From: Alphaproteobacteria bacterium
Lineage (GTDB): Bacteria > Pseudomonadota > Alphaproteobacteria > MPNO01
Assembly: GCA_964291675.2 (NCBI GenBank)
Contig: OZ219866.1
Span: 928,001 to 992,000, forward strand
DNA: 64,000 nt
Reading direction: 5' to 3'
In this document: positions 31,842 to 41,622 of the stretch, piece by piece
Numbering within the stretch: the stretch's first letter is position 1
Layout: each line of letters begins with the position of its first letter
The notes under the pieces: generated by a model
The model's database searches: none
Told to the model about the DNA's origin: nothing
Seen by the model: the letters and a program-made list of their open reading frames with translations, nothing else
Program-made: the position numbers and the translations under genes

Positions 31842-32657
31842 CTAGCTCGCCAGAGCGAGATCGGATTCGTTCAAACTTTCGCGCAGCATTCGCCGGACCG
31901 ACGCGTGCAGCCGGTCGTTGGCGGCGACGATGGAAGGGCCGTCGAGGCGTGCCGCGCCGCCCTTGAGGTCGGTCGCGAACCCGCCGGCCTCGCGCACCAG
32001 CACGATCCCGGCCGCCACGTCCCAGGGCGACAGGCCGAACTCCCAGAACCCGTCATAGCGCCCCGCCGCGACATAGGCGAGGTCGAGGGCGGCGGAGCCG
32101 AGCCGCCGGACCCCGGCGGTATTGTCGATCGCCGCGCCCACGGTCGAGAGGAAGGCGGTCTTGCCGCCCCTGCCCCTGAACGGGATGCCGGTGGCCAGCA
32201 CCGCATCCGCCAGACGGCGGCGCGACGACACCCGGAGCCGCCGCCGGTTGAGATAGCAGCCGACCCCCTTCTCGGCCCAGAACATCTCGTCGCGCAGCGG
32301 TTCGTAGACCACCCCCGCGACCAGCTCGCCGTGCTCCTCGAGCCCGATCGAGATCGCGAAATGCGGAATGCCGTGCAGGAAGTTGGTGGTCCCGTCGAGC
32401 GGGTCGACGATCCAGCGCCGCCCGGCGTCCTCGCCCGCCGTCTCGCCCGATTCCTCCATCAGGAAGCCGAACCCGGGCCGCGCCTTGGCGAGCTCGGCGC
32501 GCAGCATGCGCTCCGCCCGGCGGTCCGCCTCGGTGACGTAGTCCGCCGGCCCCTTGCGCGAGACCTGGAGGTTCTCGACCTCGCCGAAATCGCGGATCAG
32601 CCCGCGCGCCGCCTTGCGCGCGGCGGCTTCCATCACGTTTATCGTCGCCGAAGGCAT
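31842..32657 (-). CDS. suhB: Inositol monophosphatase family protein SuhB
   Basis: DYVTEAD, WIVDPLDGTTNF, GSAALDL, WDVAAG. Confidence 0.94.
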   Translation of the reverse strand: MPSATINVMEAAARKAARGLIRDFGEVENLQVSRKGPADYVTEADRRAERMLRAELAKARPGFGFLMEESGETAGEDAGRRWIVDPLDGTTNFLHGIPHFAISIGLEEHGELVAGVVYEPLRDEMFWAEKGVGCYLNRRRLRVSSRRRLADAVLATGIPFRGRGGKTAFLSTVGAAIDNTAGVRRLGSAALDLAYVAAGRYDGFWEFGLSPWDVAAGIVLVREAGGFATDLKGGAARLDGPSIVAANDRLHASVRRMLRESLNESDLALAS

Positions 32658-32678
32658 GCGCTCCTTCCGGCGCGCCGG

Positions 32679-33245
32679 CTAGCCCTTGGCGCGCTCGACA
32701 TAGCTGCCGTCCTCGGTGTTGACCACGATCCGGGTGCCGGCCTCGATATGCGGCGGCACCATCACCCGCTCGCCGTTCTCCAGCATCGCCGGCTTGTAGG
32801 AGGAGGACGCGGTCTGGCCCTTGACCACCGGCTCGGCCTCGGTGACCGTCATCGTCACCTGCTGCGGCAGCCGCGCGGCGATCGGGTTGCCCTCGATCAG
32901 GTCGAGGGTGATCGTCATGCCGTCCTGCAGATAGGCCGCCGGGCCGCCGATCATCTCCACCGGGAGCTCGAACTGCTCGTAGGTCTCGGCATCCATCAGC
33001 GTCACCGCCTCGTCGGCGCGGTAGAGATAGGTGCAGGATTTCTCGTCCACCATCAGCTTTTCGACCGATTCCTGGGTGCGGAAGCGCTCGTTGCTCTTGA
33101 TGCCGGTCATCACGTCGCGCATCTCGACCTGGACGAAGGCGCCGCCCTTGCCGGGTTGCAGGATCTGGATCTTGAGCACGCTCCACTGCTTGCCGTCGTG
33201 CTCGATCACATGGCCGGGCCGGATGGTGTTCGCGTTGACCTTCAT
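32679..33245 (-). CDS. efp: Elongation factor P
   Basis: QPGKGGAF loop, VKGQTASSSYKPA, YVER. Confidence 0.97.
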   Translation of the reverse strand: MKVNANTIRPGHVIEHDGKQWSVLKIQILQPGKGGAFVQVEMRDVMTGIKSNERFRTQESVEKLMVDEKSCTYLYRADEAVTLMDAETYEQFELPVEMIGGPAAYLQDGMTITLDLIEGNPIAARLPQQVTMTVTEAEPVVKGQTASSSYKPAMLENGERVMVPPHIEAGTRIVVNTEDGSYVERAKG

Positions 33246-33308
33246 GGGGCTCGCCTGGCCGTCGGGAGAGCGCGGAACCTAACAACTCGCGGTTGGCGAG
33301 GCAAAGGC

Positions 33309-34337
33309 TCAACCATGCGGGTCCGGGTGCGCATTGCCCCGCCAGTCGCTGAGCCCGCCCGCGGCGTCGCGGAAGGAAGGGCCGAGCGGGACCTTGCCGT
33401 GGCCGCCCGGGATGTCGATCACATAGGTCGGCTGGCACAGCCCGGAAATCCGCCCGCGCAGCGCGCGGACCAGCGCCTGGCCCTGCTCGATCGACAGCCT
33501 GAACCGCGCCGTGCCCGGCGCGAGGTCGGGGTGGTGCAGGTAGTAGGGCCGCACCCGGTGGCGCACCAGGGCGCGGAACAGCGCCGCCAGCGTGTCGGCA
33601 TCGTCGTTCACCCCCTTCAGCAGCACCGTCTGCGCGAGCAGCGGCAGCCCGGCATCGGCGAGCGCGGCGATGGCGCGCACCGCCGCCGGGTCGAGCTCGC
33701 TTGGGTGGTTGACGTGGATCGCCACGTAGACCGGAACGTCCCGGTGGAGCGCGGCGATCAGCGCCCGGTCGATCCGCGCCGGATCGGCGACCGGAACGCG
33801 GCTGTGGATGCGCAGCACCTCGACGCTCGGGATCGCCGCCGCGCGGCCCAGGATCGCGCCGAGCCGGCGCGGCGACAGGATCATCGGGTCGCCGCCGGTC
33901 AGGATCACCTCGCGGATCTCGGGGCGGGCGGCGACATAGGCGAGCGCGGCGTCGAGCTCTTCCCCCGACATCGCCGCAGCCCCCTGCCCGACGCGTTCGC
34001 GGCGGAAGCAGAACCGGCAATAGACCGGGCAGGCCGTCGTCGGCATCAGGAGGACGCGGTCGGGGTAGCGGTGAACCACGCCGGGGAGCGGCGAACGGGC
34101 GTCGTCGCCGATCGGATCGTCGCGCTCGCCCGGGCTCCGCGCGAGCTCGCCGGGGTCGGGCAGATACTGGCGCGCGATGGGGTCGTGCGCCGCGCCGCGC
34201 TCCATCAGCCCGGCGACATGCGGGGTGACCGCCACCGCGTAGCGCGCGGCTACGGCATCCACCGCCCCGATCCCTTCCCGGTCGATCAGCCCGGCCGCGG
34301 CGAGCGCGCGGCCTGTGCGCATGGTCCGGTCCGCCAC
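33309..34337 (-). CDS. epmB: Lysine 2,3-aminomutase (EF-P beta-lysylation, radical SAM)
   Basis: HRYPDRVLL, CPVYCRFCFRR, TGGDP, PGGHGK; start may instead be the ATG at 34322. Confidence 0.9.
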   Translation of the reverse strand: MADRTMRTGRALAAAGLIDREGIGAVDAVAARYAVAVTPHVAGLMERGAAHDPIARQYLPDPGELARSPGERDDPIGDDARSPLPGVVHRYPDRVLLMPTTACPVYCRFCFRRERVGQGAAAMSGEELDAALAYVAARPEIREVILTGGDPMILSPRRLGAILGRAAAIPSVEVLRIHSRVPVADPARIDRALIAALHRDVPVYVAIHVNHPSELDPAAVRAIAALADAGLPLLAQTVLLKGVNDDADTLAALFRALVRHRVRPYYLHHPDLAPGTARFRLSIEQGQALVRALRGRISGLCQPTYVIDIPGGHGKVPLGPSFRDAAGGLSDWRGNAHPDPHG

Positions 34338-34396
34338 CCTTACCCCGCATCGCCCGATCCGGCATTATCGCGCCATGCCCGATATCGCGAAACGCC

Positions 34397-35443
34397 ATGG
34401 TTGAGCCGCCCTGGTGGCGGCCCGACCGCCACGCGCGGAGGCGGCCCAACCTGCTCGCCCGCCAGGCGATCGTGGCAGCCATCAGGCGGTTCTTCGCCGC
34501 GCGCGGCTTCGTCGAGGTCGAGACGCCCGCCCTTCAGGTCTCGCCCGGGCTGGAGCCCCATCTGGCGGCTTTCGAGACCGCGCTGGCCGAGCCCTTCCGC
34601 GACGGGCCGGTAACCCCCGTCTACCTGCACACATCGCCCGAATTCGCGATGAAGAAGCTGCTGGCGGCGGGCGAGGAGAAGATCTTTCAGATCGCCCGCT
34701 GCTACCGCAACGAGGAGCGCTCGCCCACCCACCATCCCGAGTTCACCATGCTCGAATGGTACCGGGCGGGCGCTTCCCATACCGATCTGTGGGCGGATTG
34801 CGAAAGGCTGCTCGCCGCCGCCGCCGAGGCCGCCGGGGCGGAGCGCCTGATGCGCGCGGAGAAGCGCGCGGACCCCGGCGCGGAATGGACCCGCATCAGC
34901 GTCTGCGAGGCCTTCGCCCGCCATGCCGGAATCGACCTCGCGGCGACGATGGACGATCCCTCCGACCCCGCCCCGCTGGCCGCCGCCGCGCGCGCCGCCG
35001 ACGTGTGGACCGGGCCCAACGACAGCTGGGAGGACGTCTTCTTCCGCATCTTCCTCGCCAAGGTGGAGCCCGCGCTCGGCATCGGCGCGCCGGCGATCCT
35101 CTACGACTACCCGGCCTCGATGGCGGCGCTGGCGCGGCTCGGCCCCGACCGCCGCTTCGCCGAGCGTTTCGAGGTGTTCGCCTGCGGCCTCGAGCTCGCC
35201 AACGGCTACGGCGAGCTCACCGACCCGGCGGAACAGCGCGCGCGCTTCGAGGCCGACCGCGCGCTGAGGCGGCGGCTCAGGGGCGACGCCTATCCGGTCG
35301 ACGAGGATTTTCTGGCCGCGCTCGAATCCGGGCTGCCGGACTGCGCCGGGATCGCGCTCGGCGTCGACCGCCTGGTCATGCTGGCGGTCGGCGCGGAGCG
35401 GATCGAGGACGTGCTCTGGGCGCCGGTGGCGGAGCCGGGCTAG
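34397..35443 (+). CDS. epmA: EF-P lysine aminoacylase
   Basis: [45 protein letters not shown]; no anticodon-binding domain. Confidence 0.94.
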   Translation: MVEPPWWRPDRHARRRPNLLARQAIVAAIRRFFAARGFVEVETPALQVSPGLEPHLAAFETALAEPFRDGPVTPVYLHTSPEFAMKKLLAAGEEKIFQIARCYRNEERSPTHHPEFTMLEWYRAGASHTDLWADCERLLAAAAEAAGAERLMRAEKRADPGAEWTRISVCEAFARHAGIDLAATMDDPSDPAPLAAAARAADVWTGPNDSWEDVFFRIFLAKVEPALGIGAPAILYDYPASMAALARLGPDRRFAERFEVFACGLELANGYGELTDPAEQRARFEADRALRRRLRGDAYPVDEDFLAALESGLPDCAGIALGVDRLVMLAVGAERIEDVLWAPVAEPG

Positions 35444-36084
35444 GCGCCGAGCGCGTCCCGGATCGCCGCCTCGTAGGCTCGGACGGCTGCCGCCGGCCCG
35501 TCCGGATGCGCCCAGACGCCCGCAGACACGGCGAGGAAATCGGCCCCGGCGGCGGCGACCGGCCGGCAATTCTCCGCCGCAATGCCGCCGATCGCGACGC
35601 AGGGGACGGTGGCGACCGATTGCCAGGTCTCCAGCAGCGCGAGCGGCGCCCGCGTCGTCGTCCGCTTGGTCGCGGTCGGAAAGTAGGCGCCAAAGGCGAC
35701 GTAGTCGGCCCCGGCCTCCGCCGCCTCCATCGCCAGATGGTAGGAGTCCTTGCAGGTCACGCCGACGATCGCGTCCGCACCGACGATCCGGCGCGCCTCC
35801 TCATAGGGGGCATCGTCGGCGCCGACATGGACGCCGTCGCAGCCGGTCTCGCGGGCGAGATCGGGGCGGTCGTTCATCACCAAGGCGACGTCGCGGGATT
35901 GCGCCACCGGCGCCAGGATCTCGGCGGCGCGGCGGATGTCGTCGTCGCCCGCCTGCTTGAGGCGGAGCTGGACGCAGGCCGCCTCGCCGGCGTCGAGCGC
36001 CGCGGCGAGCCGGTCCGCGAAGCCGCGCGCGCCGCCCGGGCCGAGATCAGGCGGCGTGATCAGATACAGCCAGCAGGTCCGGAT
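35440..36084 (-). CDS. thiE: Thiamine-phosphate synthase, start codon unresolved
   Basis: In-frame [44 protein letters not shown]; no ATG/GTG/TTG upstream of LYLITP, so the boundary is placed at an ATC codon. Confidence 0.85.
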   Translation of the reverse strand: MRTCWLYLITPPDLGPGGARGFADRLAAALDAGEAACVQLRLKQAGDDDIRRAAEILAPVAQSRDVALVMNDRPDLARETGCDGVHVGADDAPYEEARRIVGADAIVGVTCKDSYHLAMEAAEAGADYVAFGAYFPTATKRTTTRAPLALLETWQSVATVPCVAIGGIAAENCRPVAAAGADFLAVSAGVWAHPDGPAAAVRAYEAAIRDALGA

Positions 36085-37003
36085 TGGCCTTGCCCTGGTA
36101 GATCCTGACGATGCCGTCCAGCATGGCGAGCGCGTCCGCGCGCGGCCGCTGGAAGGTGTTGCGGCCGATGATCGAGCCCGAGCCGCCGCCGTCGCGGATC
36201 GCCCTCACCTCGCGATGGATGCCGTCGAGATCCTTGGCCTCGCCGCCCGAGAAGACCACCAGCCGGCGCCCGTTGAAGCAGGACTGGACGACATGCGCGA
36301 TGCGCGCGGCGAGCGTCGCGGTGTCGATCCGCTGCTTCTCGTAGACCCCCCTGGCGGCGTCGAGGAAAAGCGCGTCCGTCGGCGGCTTCACCTTGACGAT
36401 ATGGGCGCCCATCAGACAGGCGATGTGGGCGGCGTAGGCGCAGATATCCATCGCCGTCTCGCCCTCCTTGGACAGCGCGCCGCCGCGCGGATAGGACCAG
36501 ACGACGACCGCGAGGCCGACCGATTTCGCCTCCTCGGCGAGCTCGCGGATCTCCTCCATCATCTCGTACTGGTCGTCCGAGCCGGGATAGACGGTGAACC
36601 CGATCGCCGAGCAGCCCAGCCTGAGCGCATCGCCCACCCCGCCATGGACGGCCTGGTCCTTCCCCGTCGCCAGGCTGTTGGCGCTGTTCACCTTGAGGAT
36701 CGTCGGCACCGCCCCGGCGAAGCTGTCGGCGCCGGCCTCGATCATGCCGAGCGGCGCGGCGTAGGCGCTGAGCCCGGCATCGACCGCGAGCTGGAAGTGG
36801 TAGTGCGGGTCGTAGGCGTCGGGGTTGGGGGCGAAGCTCCGCGCCGGGCCGTGCTCGAAACCCTGGTCGACCGGCAGGATCAGCAGCTTGCCCGAGCCGC
36901 CCAGCTTGCCGTGCATCAGGATGCGCGCGAGGTTGGCCTTGGTTCCCGGGTTGTCGCTCTCGTAGCCGGCAAGGATTTTCTTGACCTTTTGCGTGACCCG
37001 CAT
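36047..37003 (-). CDS. fbaB: Class I fructose-bisphosphate aldolase
   Basis: [39 protein letters not shown]; ATG at 37003. Confidence 0.94.
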   Translation of the reverse strand: MRVTQKVKKILAGYESDNPGTKANLARILMHGKLGGSGKLLILPVDQGFEHGPARSFAPNPDAYDPHYHFQLAVDAGLSAYAAPLGMIEAGADSFAGAVPTILKVNSANSLATGKDQAVHGGVGDALRLGCSAIGFTVYPGSDDQYEMMEEIRELAEEAKSVGLAVVVWSYPRGGALSKEGETAMDICAYAAHIACLMGAHIVKVKPPTDALFLDAARGVYEKQRIDTATLAARIAHVVQSCFNGRRLVVFSGGEAKDLDGIHREVRAIRDGGGSGSIIGRNTFQRPRADALAMLDGIVRIYQGKANPDLLAVSDHAA

Positions 37004-37115
37004 CCTCGACCCCCCATCCGATGTCCCCGCGCATCCAGGCAGCGGCAAGCCGCCAATAACTAACCCAATCCCGGCGGGCGTGCCAGCGCGCTCGCGGTGC
37101 CGGAGACTGCGGGGG

Positions 37116-38969
37116 CTATAGCTGGGCGAGCAGGATCACACCTACCACGATGGCCAGGCAGGCGATTTGCAGCCCGAGGATCGACCACAGCAGGACCCGT
37201 TCCTGCCGGCCCTTTCCGGAAGAGGCGAGCGCGGCCCGGATCTCGGCGACCGCACGGTCGCGGAATGCCTCCAGCTCGGCCGCCGCTTCGGCGGAGGGGA
37301 CGAATTCCGGCGCCATGCCGGAGGCCGCGGGAGCGGAAGTCTCCGGGACGGTCGCTACCCCCGCCGCGAACACCGGGGCTGGAGCGGAGACCGGCAGGTC
37401 CGGGGCGGGCGTTTCCGGCTCCGGCTCGCCGGGTTCTTCGGGTTCCGGGACCAGCGCCGCCAGATAGGCGACCGGTTCCCCGTCGAGCGGCGAGCTGCGG
37501 CGATAAACGCGGAACTCCTCGCCCGGATCGTTGCGGATCGCCGCCAGAGCCTGGGCGGCGCCGTTTGCGGAAACGCTCTCGGCGCCGACGATCCCCCCCG
37601 CCTTGACATGCACCCGGTGGAGGATCGCTTCCCCGCGCCAGAACTCGATGTCGATCGGCTGTCGGCTGAGGTCGAGCGAACCGATCAGGAGGTCCAGCGG
37701 GAAGTCCGCTAACCGGCCGCGCAGGAACAGCGCGCCCCGGCTCTGCGGCGCATCGCGGGCGGCGGGAGCGGCGGGACGGGCGGCAGGCTGCCGCATGGCG
37801 GCCAGCAGCTCGGGAACGCCGCCCAGCGGTTCGCCCGCCTCTTCCGCCATCTCGTAGCGTATCTCGAAGGTCTCGCCGTGGTCGGCGCAGAGCTGCCGGA
37901 GGGCTTCCATGCCGTGCAGCCCGCCGGCCGCCGCCGCCAGAACCTGCCCGGACTCCACCATCATCGCGCCGACCTCGGCATCGCCCCGCATGAACGAGAC
38001 GACGACACAGCGGTCGCTGAGTTGCAGGACTTCCAGGATTTCGTCGAAGCTCGCGTCGTCCACCCGCCCCTGCATGATCGGATCGCCATCCTCCGGCGGC
38101 GGCGGCGCGGCCGGCGGGACCTCTGGCGTCGGCGGTTCGAGCGGGGCGGCTTCGATCGCGACGTCGGGCGAATCCGTGGCGAGGGGCCGGGGCTCGGCGT
38201 CCCCGGCCGGGTGCGCGGCTTGCACGGCCTCCCGCGCGGGCGGTAACGCGGGCGTGGCCTCGGCGGCGGCTGCGGTCGGCGGGACCTCCGGCGTCGGCGA
38301 ATCGGGCGGGGCGAATTCGATTGCTGCGTCGGGCGGCTCGGCTTCCCGTTCGGGCGGCAATGCGGGCGCGACCTCCGGCGTCGGCGGTTCGGGCGGCACG
38401 GCTGCGATCGCGGCGTCGGGCGGTTCGGCGCCGAGGGGCTCCGGTTCGGCGGTCCCGGCGGAGAACGCGGCTTGCGCGGCCTCCGGCTCGGGCGGCAATG
38501 CGGGCGCGACCCCGACGGCGTCGTGCTCCGGGGACTCGACGGGGAATTGCGGGCCGGAAACCTCGAAAATCTCATCGGTGCCGATGACTTCCCCGCTCGG
38601 CGGCTCGGCGGCGGCGTGGTGTCCGCCGTCTTCTTCGGACAGCAATTCGGCGAGCCCGCAGAGCGGCGCATCGTTCTGCAGCTCCGGCGCGTTCGGCGGC
38701 AGCATGACCACCGAGAATGCGGTGCCCGGATCGCCGATCAGGGCGTTCAGCGCGTCGCCGCCCGTGGCCTCGCTGCGGAAATCTCCGGCGCGGACCACCT
38801 GGCCCGCCTTGATCGCGATCGCGCCCACCTCCCGTTCCCCGCAGGAGAAGCGCACCTCCAGGAGTTGGCGGCTCACGGCGAGCACGCCGAACAGCTCGGA
38901 AAGCGGGCAGGTGCGAAACGAACCCCGGAGAAAGAGGGGCGTCGCCTGCCGATCGCCCGAACTCACCAA
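37116..38969 (-). CDS. Protein with three DUF4388/PATAN-like repeats, a Pro/Ala/Glu-rich linker and a C-terminal TM helix
   Basis: Three ~75-aa repeats: (L/M)xGx...LxxL..LxxS...F..G..VG.h.h..GxV..A...G..AL..h..dpG..F; tail VLLWSILGLQIACLAIVVGVILLAQL. Confidence 0.75.
   Translation of the reverse strand: MVSSGDRQATPLFLRGSFRTCPLSELFGVLAVSRQLLEVRFSCGEREVGAIAIKAGQVVRAGDFRSEATGGDALNALIGDPGTAFSVVMLPPNAPELQNDAPLCGLAELLSEEDGGHHAAAEPPSGEVIGTDEIFEVSGPQFPVESPEHDAVGVAPALPPEPEAAQAAFSAGTAEPEPLGAEPPDAAIAAVPPEPPTPEVAPALPPEREAEPPDAAIEFAPPDSPTPEVPPTAAAAEATPALPPAREAVQAAHPAGDAEPRPLATDSPDVAIEAAPLEPPTPEVPPAAPPPPEDGDPIMQGRVDDASFDEILEVLQLSDRCVVVSFMRGDAEVGAMMVESGQVLAAAAGGLHGMEALRQLCADHGETFEIRYEMAEEAGEPLGGVPELLAAMRQPAARPAAPAARDAPQSRGALFLRGRLADFPLDLLIGSLDLSRQPIDIEFWRGEAILHRVHVKAGGIVGAESVSANGAAQALAAIRNDPGEEFRVYRRSSPLDGEPVAYLAALVPEPEEPGEPEPETPAPDLPVSAPAPVFAAGVATVPETSAPAASGMAPEFVPSAEAAAELEAFRDRAVAEIRAALASSGKGRQERVLLWSILGLQIACLAIVVGVILLAQL
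38110..38515 (-). repeat. Imperfect intragenic repeats encoding PTPEV and APALPP units
   Basis: CGGGCGGCAATGCGGGCGCGACC occurs twice and GACCTCYGGCGTCGGCG three times. Confidence 0.65.
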
Positions 38970-38982
38970 CGATCTCCCCGGT

Positions 38983-39477
38983 TCACGTGATGCGGCCGAA
39001 TTCCATCTTTATGCTCGACGCCTTGCCTCCCAACCGCATGCTGGTCGCCAGGATGCGGTAGAGCTTGGTCCAGGCGCGCTTCAGCTCTGGGGTGAATCCC
39101 TCGCCCAACCCGTTCTCCAGCGCCCATATCAGCGCCCGCTCGAACGGTCCGTAGGCATCGTCGGGTATCTTGTACAGGGCGTGGTGGCGGCGCCCCAGCG
39201 CGAGTACGACCAGGAAAAGGTCCCGCTGCGGCGCGACATCTTCCTTCCACTGCTCCTCGGTCCAGTCCAGCGACTTGGTGACGAAGGCGAGCATGGCCAT
39301 CAGCTTGCGCTTCTGGCCGGTGATGTCTTCGGGGAACAGCCGGCGATAGTGCGGCTGCTCCTCGAACAGCCGCCCGAAGAACAGGTCCGCGACGGTCTCC
39401 CACACCGGAGCGATGAGGCGGTAGGTCCCGACGATCAGGGTCTTTTCGTGGGCGTTGAGCAGCGTTCTCTCAGTCAT
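38983..39477 (-). CDS. Single-domain 3/3 globin
   Basis: LFFGRLF (B helix), RRLF (CD1 Phe), GQKRKL (E7 Gln), LGRRH (F8 His), FTPELKRAW..Y (H helix); ATG at 39477. Confidence 0.9.
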   Translation of the reverse strand: MTERTLLNAHEKTLIVGTYRLIAPVWETVADLFFGRLFEEQPHYRRLFPEDITGQKRKLMAMLAFVTKSLDWTEEQWKEDVAPQRDLFLVVLALGRRHHALYKIPDDAYGPFERALIWALENGLGEGFTPELKRAWTKLYRILATSMRLGGKASSIKMEFGRIT

Positions 39478-39695
39478 GCCTGTGGATGCCTCCGCTCGGT
39501 CGGGTGCGTTTCCATATGGGCCCGGCGATCTATCCGCCGCCACCGATGGCGTCAACAATCCCATGGCCCGTCACAATGCGAAGCCGGGCCGGGGGGACCC
39601 CGGCGACTCGATAAACTTCTACGCTTTAACGCCTTTTACGGCGTCGGCGGGCATCCGGGCAGCCCGTGCGGCGGATCGCCGCATTGGACGCGGGA

Positions 39696-40127
39696 TTACC
39701 GGGGCGCTCGCTCGGCGGCGGCGGCGAACCAGCGTCGGCAGGCGGATTCGGGATCGCCCTCCCCGGCGAGGTCGAGGGCGGCGTCGGCGTCGGCCTCGAT
39801 ACGGGCGCCGGCCGCCCCGGCGAGCGCTTCGAGCTTGCCGCGGACCGCCGGGGATCCGGCGAAGCGGATGGTTTCGACCGACCGGCGCAGCGCCGCCAGC
39901 GCCATGCCGGGGGAGTCGCCGCAATCGAGAACCGCGTCGATGGGGACGTCCGGGTGGGCGCGCCGGGCCGCGCGGACGATTTCGGCGAACCAGGCGGCCC
40001 CCGCATAGCCTGCGGCCGCGGGCCCGCTCCTGAGGCGGACGGCGGTGCCGAGCGCCGCCGCCGCGCGGGCCGCGGCGAGCGCGTGGTCGAGGCCGTGGAC
40101 GACCACGGTCGGCTTGGGTCCGGGCAT
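39696..40127 (-). CDS. Conserved hypothetical protein
   Basis: VVVHGLDHALAA..LRSGPAAAGYAG..LDCGDSPGMALAAL, protein-like composition; ATG at 40127. Confidence 0.7.
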   Translation of the reverse strand: MPGPKPTVVVHGLDHALAAARAAAALGTAVRLRSGPAAAGYAGAAWFAEIVRAARRAHPDVPIDAVLDCGDSPGMALAALRRSVETIRFAGSPAVRGKLEALAGAAGARIEADADAALDLAGEGDPESACRRWFAAAAERAPR

Positions 40128-40247
40128 CCGGCAACAGTGGACGGCGCGCGGCGGCCGATCAACGGTTTCCGCCCGATTGACGGTCTTCCGATCTCCGGCG
40201 TAAGGTGCCGCGCAGTTGCCGGGCCCGGCCCGGTCCACGGGTTGCAC

Positions 40248-40460
40248 ATGCCACGTCTCGACGAAGCGCAGGCCAAGCTGGAGTCCGCCTTGGACAGGCT
40301 GGAACACGCGCTGCGCGAGCGCTCCGGCGCTGAGCCCCGGCTGGAGGCCGAGCTCGGCGAGTCGCGCGCGCGCTGCACGAAGCTGGAAGGCGAGACCCGG
40401 GCGGTCTCCGAGCAGCTCGATGCGGCGATCTCCCGGCTGCGCGCCCTGATCCCGTCCTGA
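40248..40460 (+). CDS. Small coiled-coil protein (DUF4164-like, zapA-associated)
   Basis: LESALDRLE...QLDAAISRLRAL, directly upstream of zapA. Confidence 0.75.
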   Translation: MPRLDEAQAKLESALDRLEHALRERSGAEPRLEAELGESRARCTKLEGETRAVSEQLDAAISRLRALIPS

Positions 40461-40478
40461 CGCCGGGGACCGCTCCCT

Positions 40479-40826
40479 ATGCCCGAGGTCGAGCTCAACA
40501 TCAACGGGCGCAGCTACCGGGTGGCCTGCGAGGAAGGCGAGGAAGAGCGCCTTTCCAGGCTCGGCGCCTATATCGACGACCGGGTGGAGGCGCTGGTCGG
40601 CCAGATAGGCCAGGTCGGCGATACCAGGCTGCTGGTTATGACCAGCCTGATGATCGCCGACGAGCTCGCCGAGGCCTATGCCGCGCTGTCCGAGGCGGGG
40701 ATCGCCATACCCGAGGACGGCGAGCCGCGAGGCGCGATCGAGGACCAGAAGAATGCCCTCGCCGCGCGCATCGAGGATGCGGCCGCGCGCATCGAAAGCA
40801 TTGCCGAGACGATCGCGCGATCCTAG
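40479..40826 (+). CDS. zapA: Cell division protein ZapA
   Basis: INGRSYRVACEEGEEERL, RLLVMTSLMIADEL. Confidence 0.93.
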   Translation: MPEVELNINGRSYRVACEEGEEERLSRLGAYIDDRVEALVGQIGQVGDTRLLVMTSLMIADELAEAYAALSEAGIAIPEDGEPRGAIEDQKNALAARIEDAAARIESIAETIARS

Positions 40827-40835
40827 TTTCTGCCC

Positions 40836-40995
40836 GGGCGGCGCTGCGCGGTGCGCGAGGCCATTTATCCCTGGGGCCAATACAGTCCTCTTGGGAGCTG
40901 TCCCTGCCGCGGTCGTGGCCGCGGTACATGGCGCCCACCTGCGTTTGCAGGCCGCAGAGGATATGCATGGCGGGACGGCCGCCGCGGCGTCGCCC
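40836..40995 (+). ncRNA. ssrS: 6S RNA
   Basis: Lies between zapA and the 5-formyl-THF cyclo-ligase gene; complementary ends; TCCCTGGGGCC..GGGAGCTGTCCCTG..GGCGCCCACC motifs typical of alphaproteobacterial 6S; ends approximate. Confidence 0.85.
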
Positions 40996-41027
40996 GCCCG
41001 GTTTCATCCGTCGGTGGCGGAGGCGGC

Positions 41028-41612
41028 GTGACCCTCGCTCGGGACAAGAAGCGCCTGCGCGCGGAGATGACCGAGGCGCGACGGCTGGCCGCGGCGGATT
41101 CGGGCCGCGCCGCGCGCGCGGTGCGCGACCGGTTCCTCGCCCGTTTCGGCGAGCGGGTCGCCGGCGCCGGGGTTTCCGCCTACTGGCCGATCGGGGACGA
41201 GCTCGACCCGCGGCCGTTGCTCCACGCCCTTGCGCGGCGCGGGGCGATCTGCGCGCTGCCGGCGGTGGTCGGCCCCGGCCGCCCGCTGGCCTTTCGCCGC
41301 TGGCGGCCCGGCGACGCGCTGGTCGAGGCGAAGTTCGGGCTCAGCGAGCCGCCCGGTTCCGCGCCGCCGGTCGTGCCCGAGATCGTCCTCGCGCCGCTGC
41401 TCGCGGTCGATCGCGCCGGCCGCCGGCTGGGCTACGGGGGCGGCTACTACGACCGGACGATCGCGGCGCTGGAGCGGCGGGGCGAGGTGGTCGCGGTGGG
41501 AATCGGCTACGATGTGCAGATCCGGTCCTGCGTGCCGGCCGGCGCCGGCGACCGGCGGGTGGACTGGGTGGTGACGGAGAAACGGATCCTCGAATGTTCG
41601 GAGGGCGCATGA
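41028..41612 (+). CDS. 5-formyltetrahydrofolate cyclo-ligase
   Basis: YWPIGDELD, RLGYGGGYYDRT, DWVVTE; GTG at 41028 after GGAGG. Confidence 0.93.
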   Translation: MTLARDKKRLRAEMTEARRLAAADSGRAARAVRDRFLARFGERVAGAGVSAYWPIGDELDPRPLLHALARRGAICALPAVVGPGRPLAFRRWRPGDALVEAKFGLSEPPGSAPPVVPEIVLAPLLAVDRAGRRLGYGGGYYDRTIAALERRGEVVAVGIGYDVQIRSCVPAGAGDRRVDWVVTEKRILECSEGA

Positions 41613-41622
41613 CGGGCGGGCT

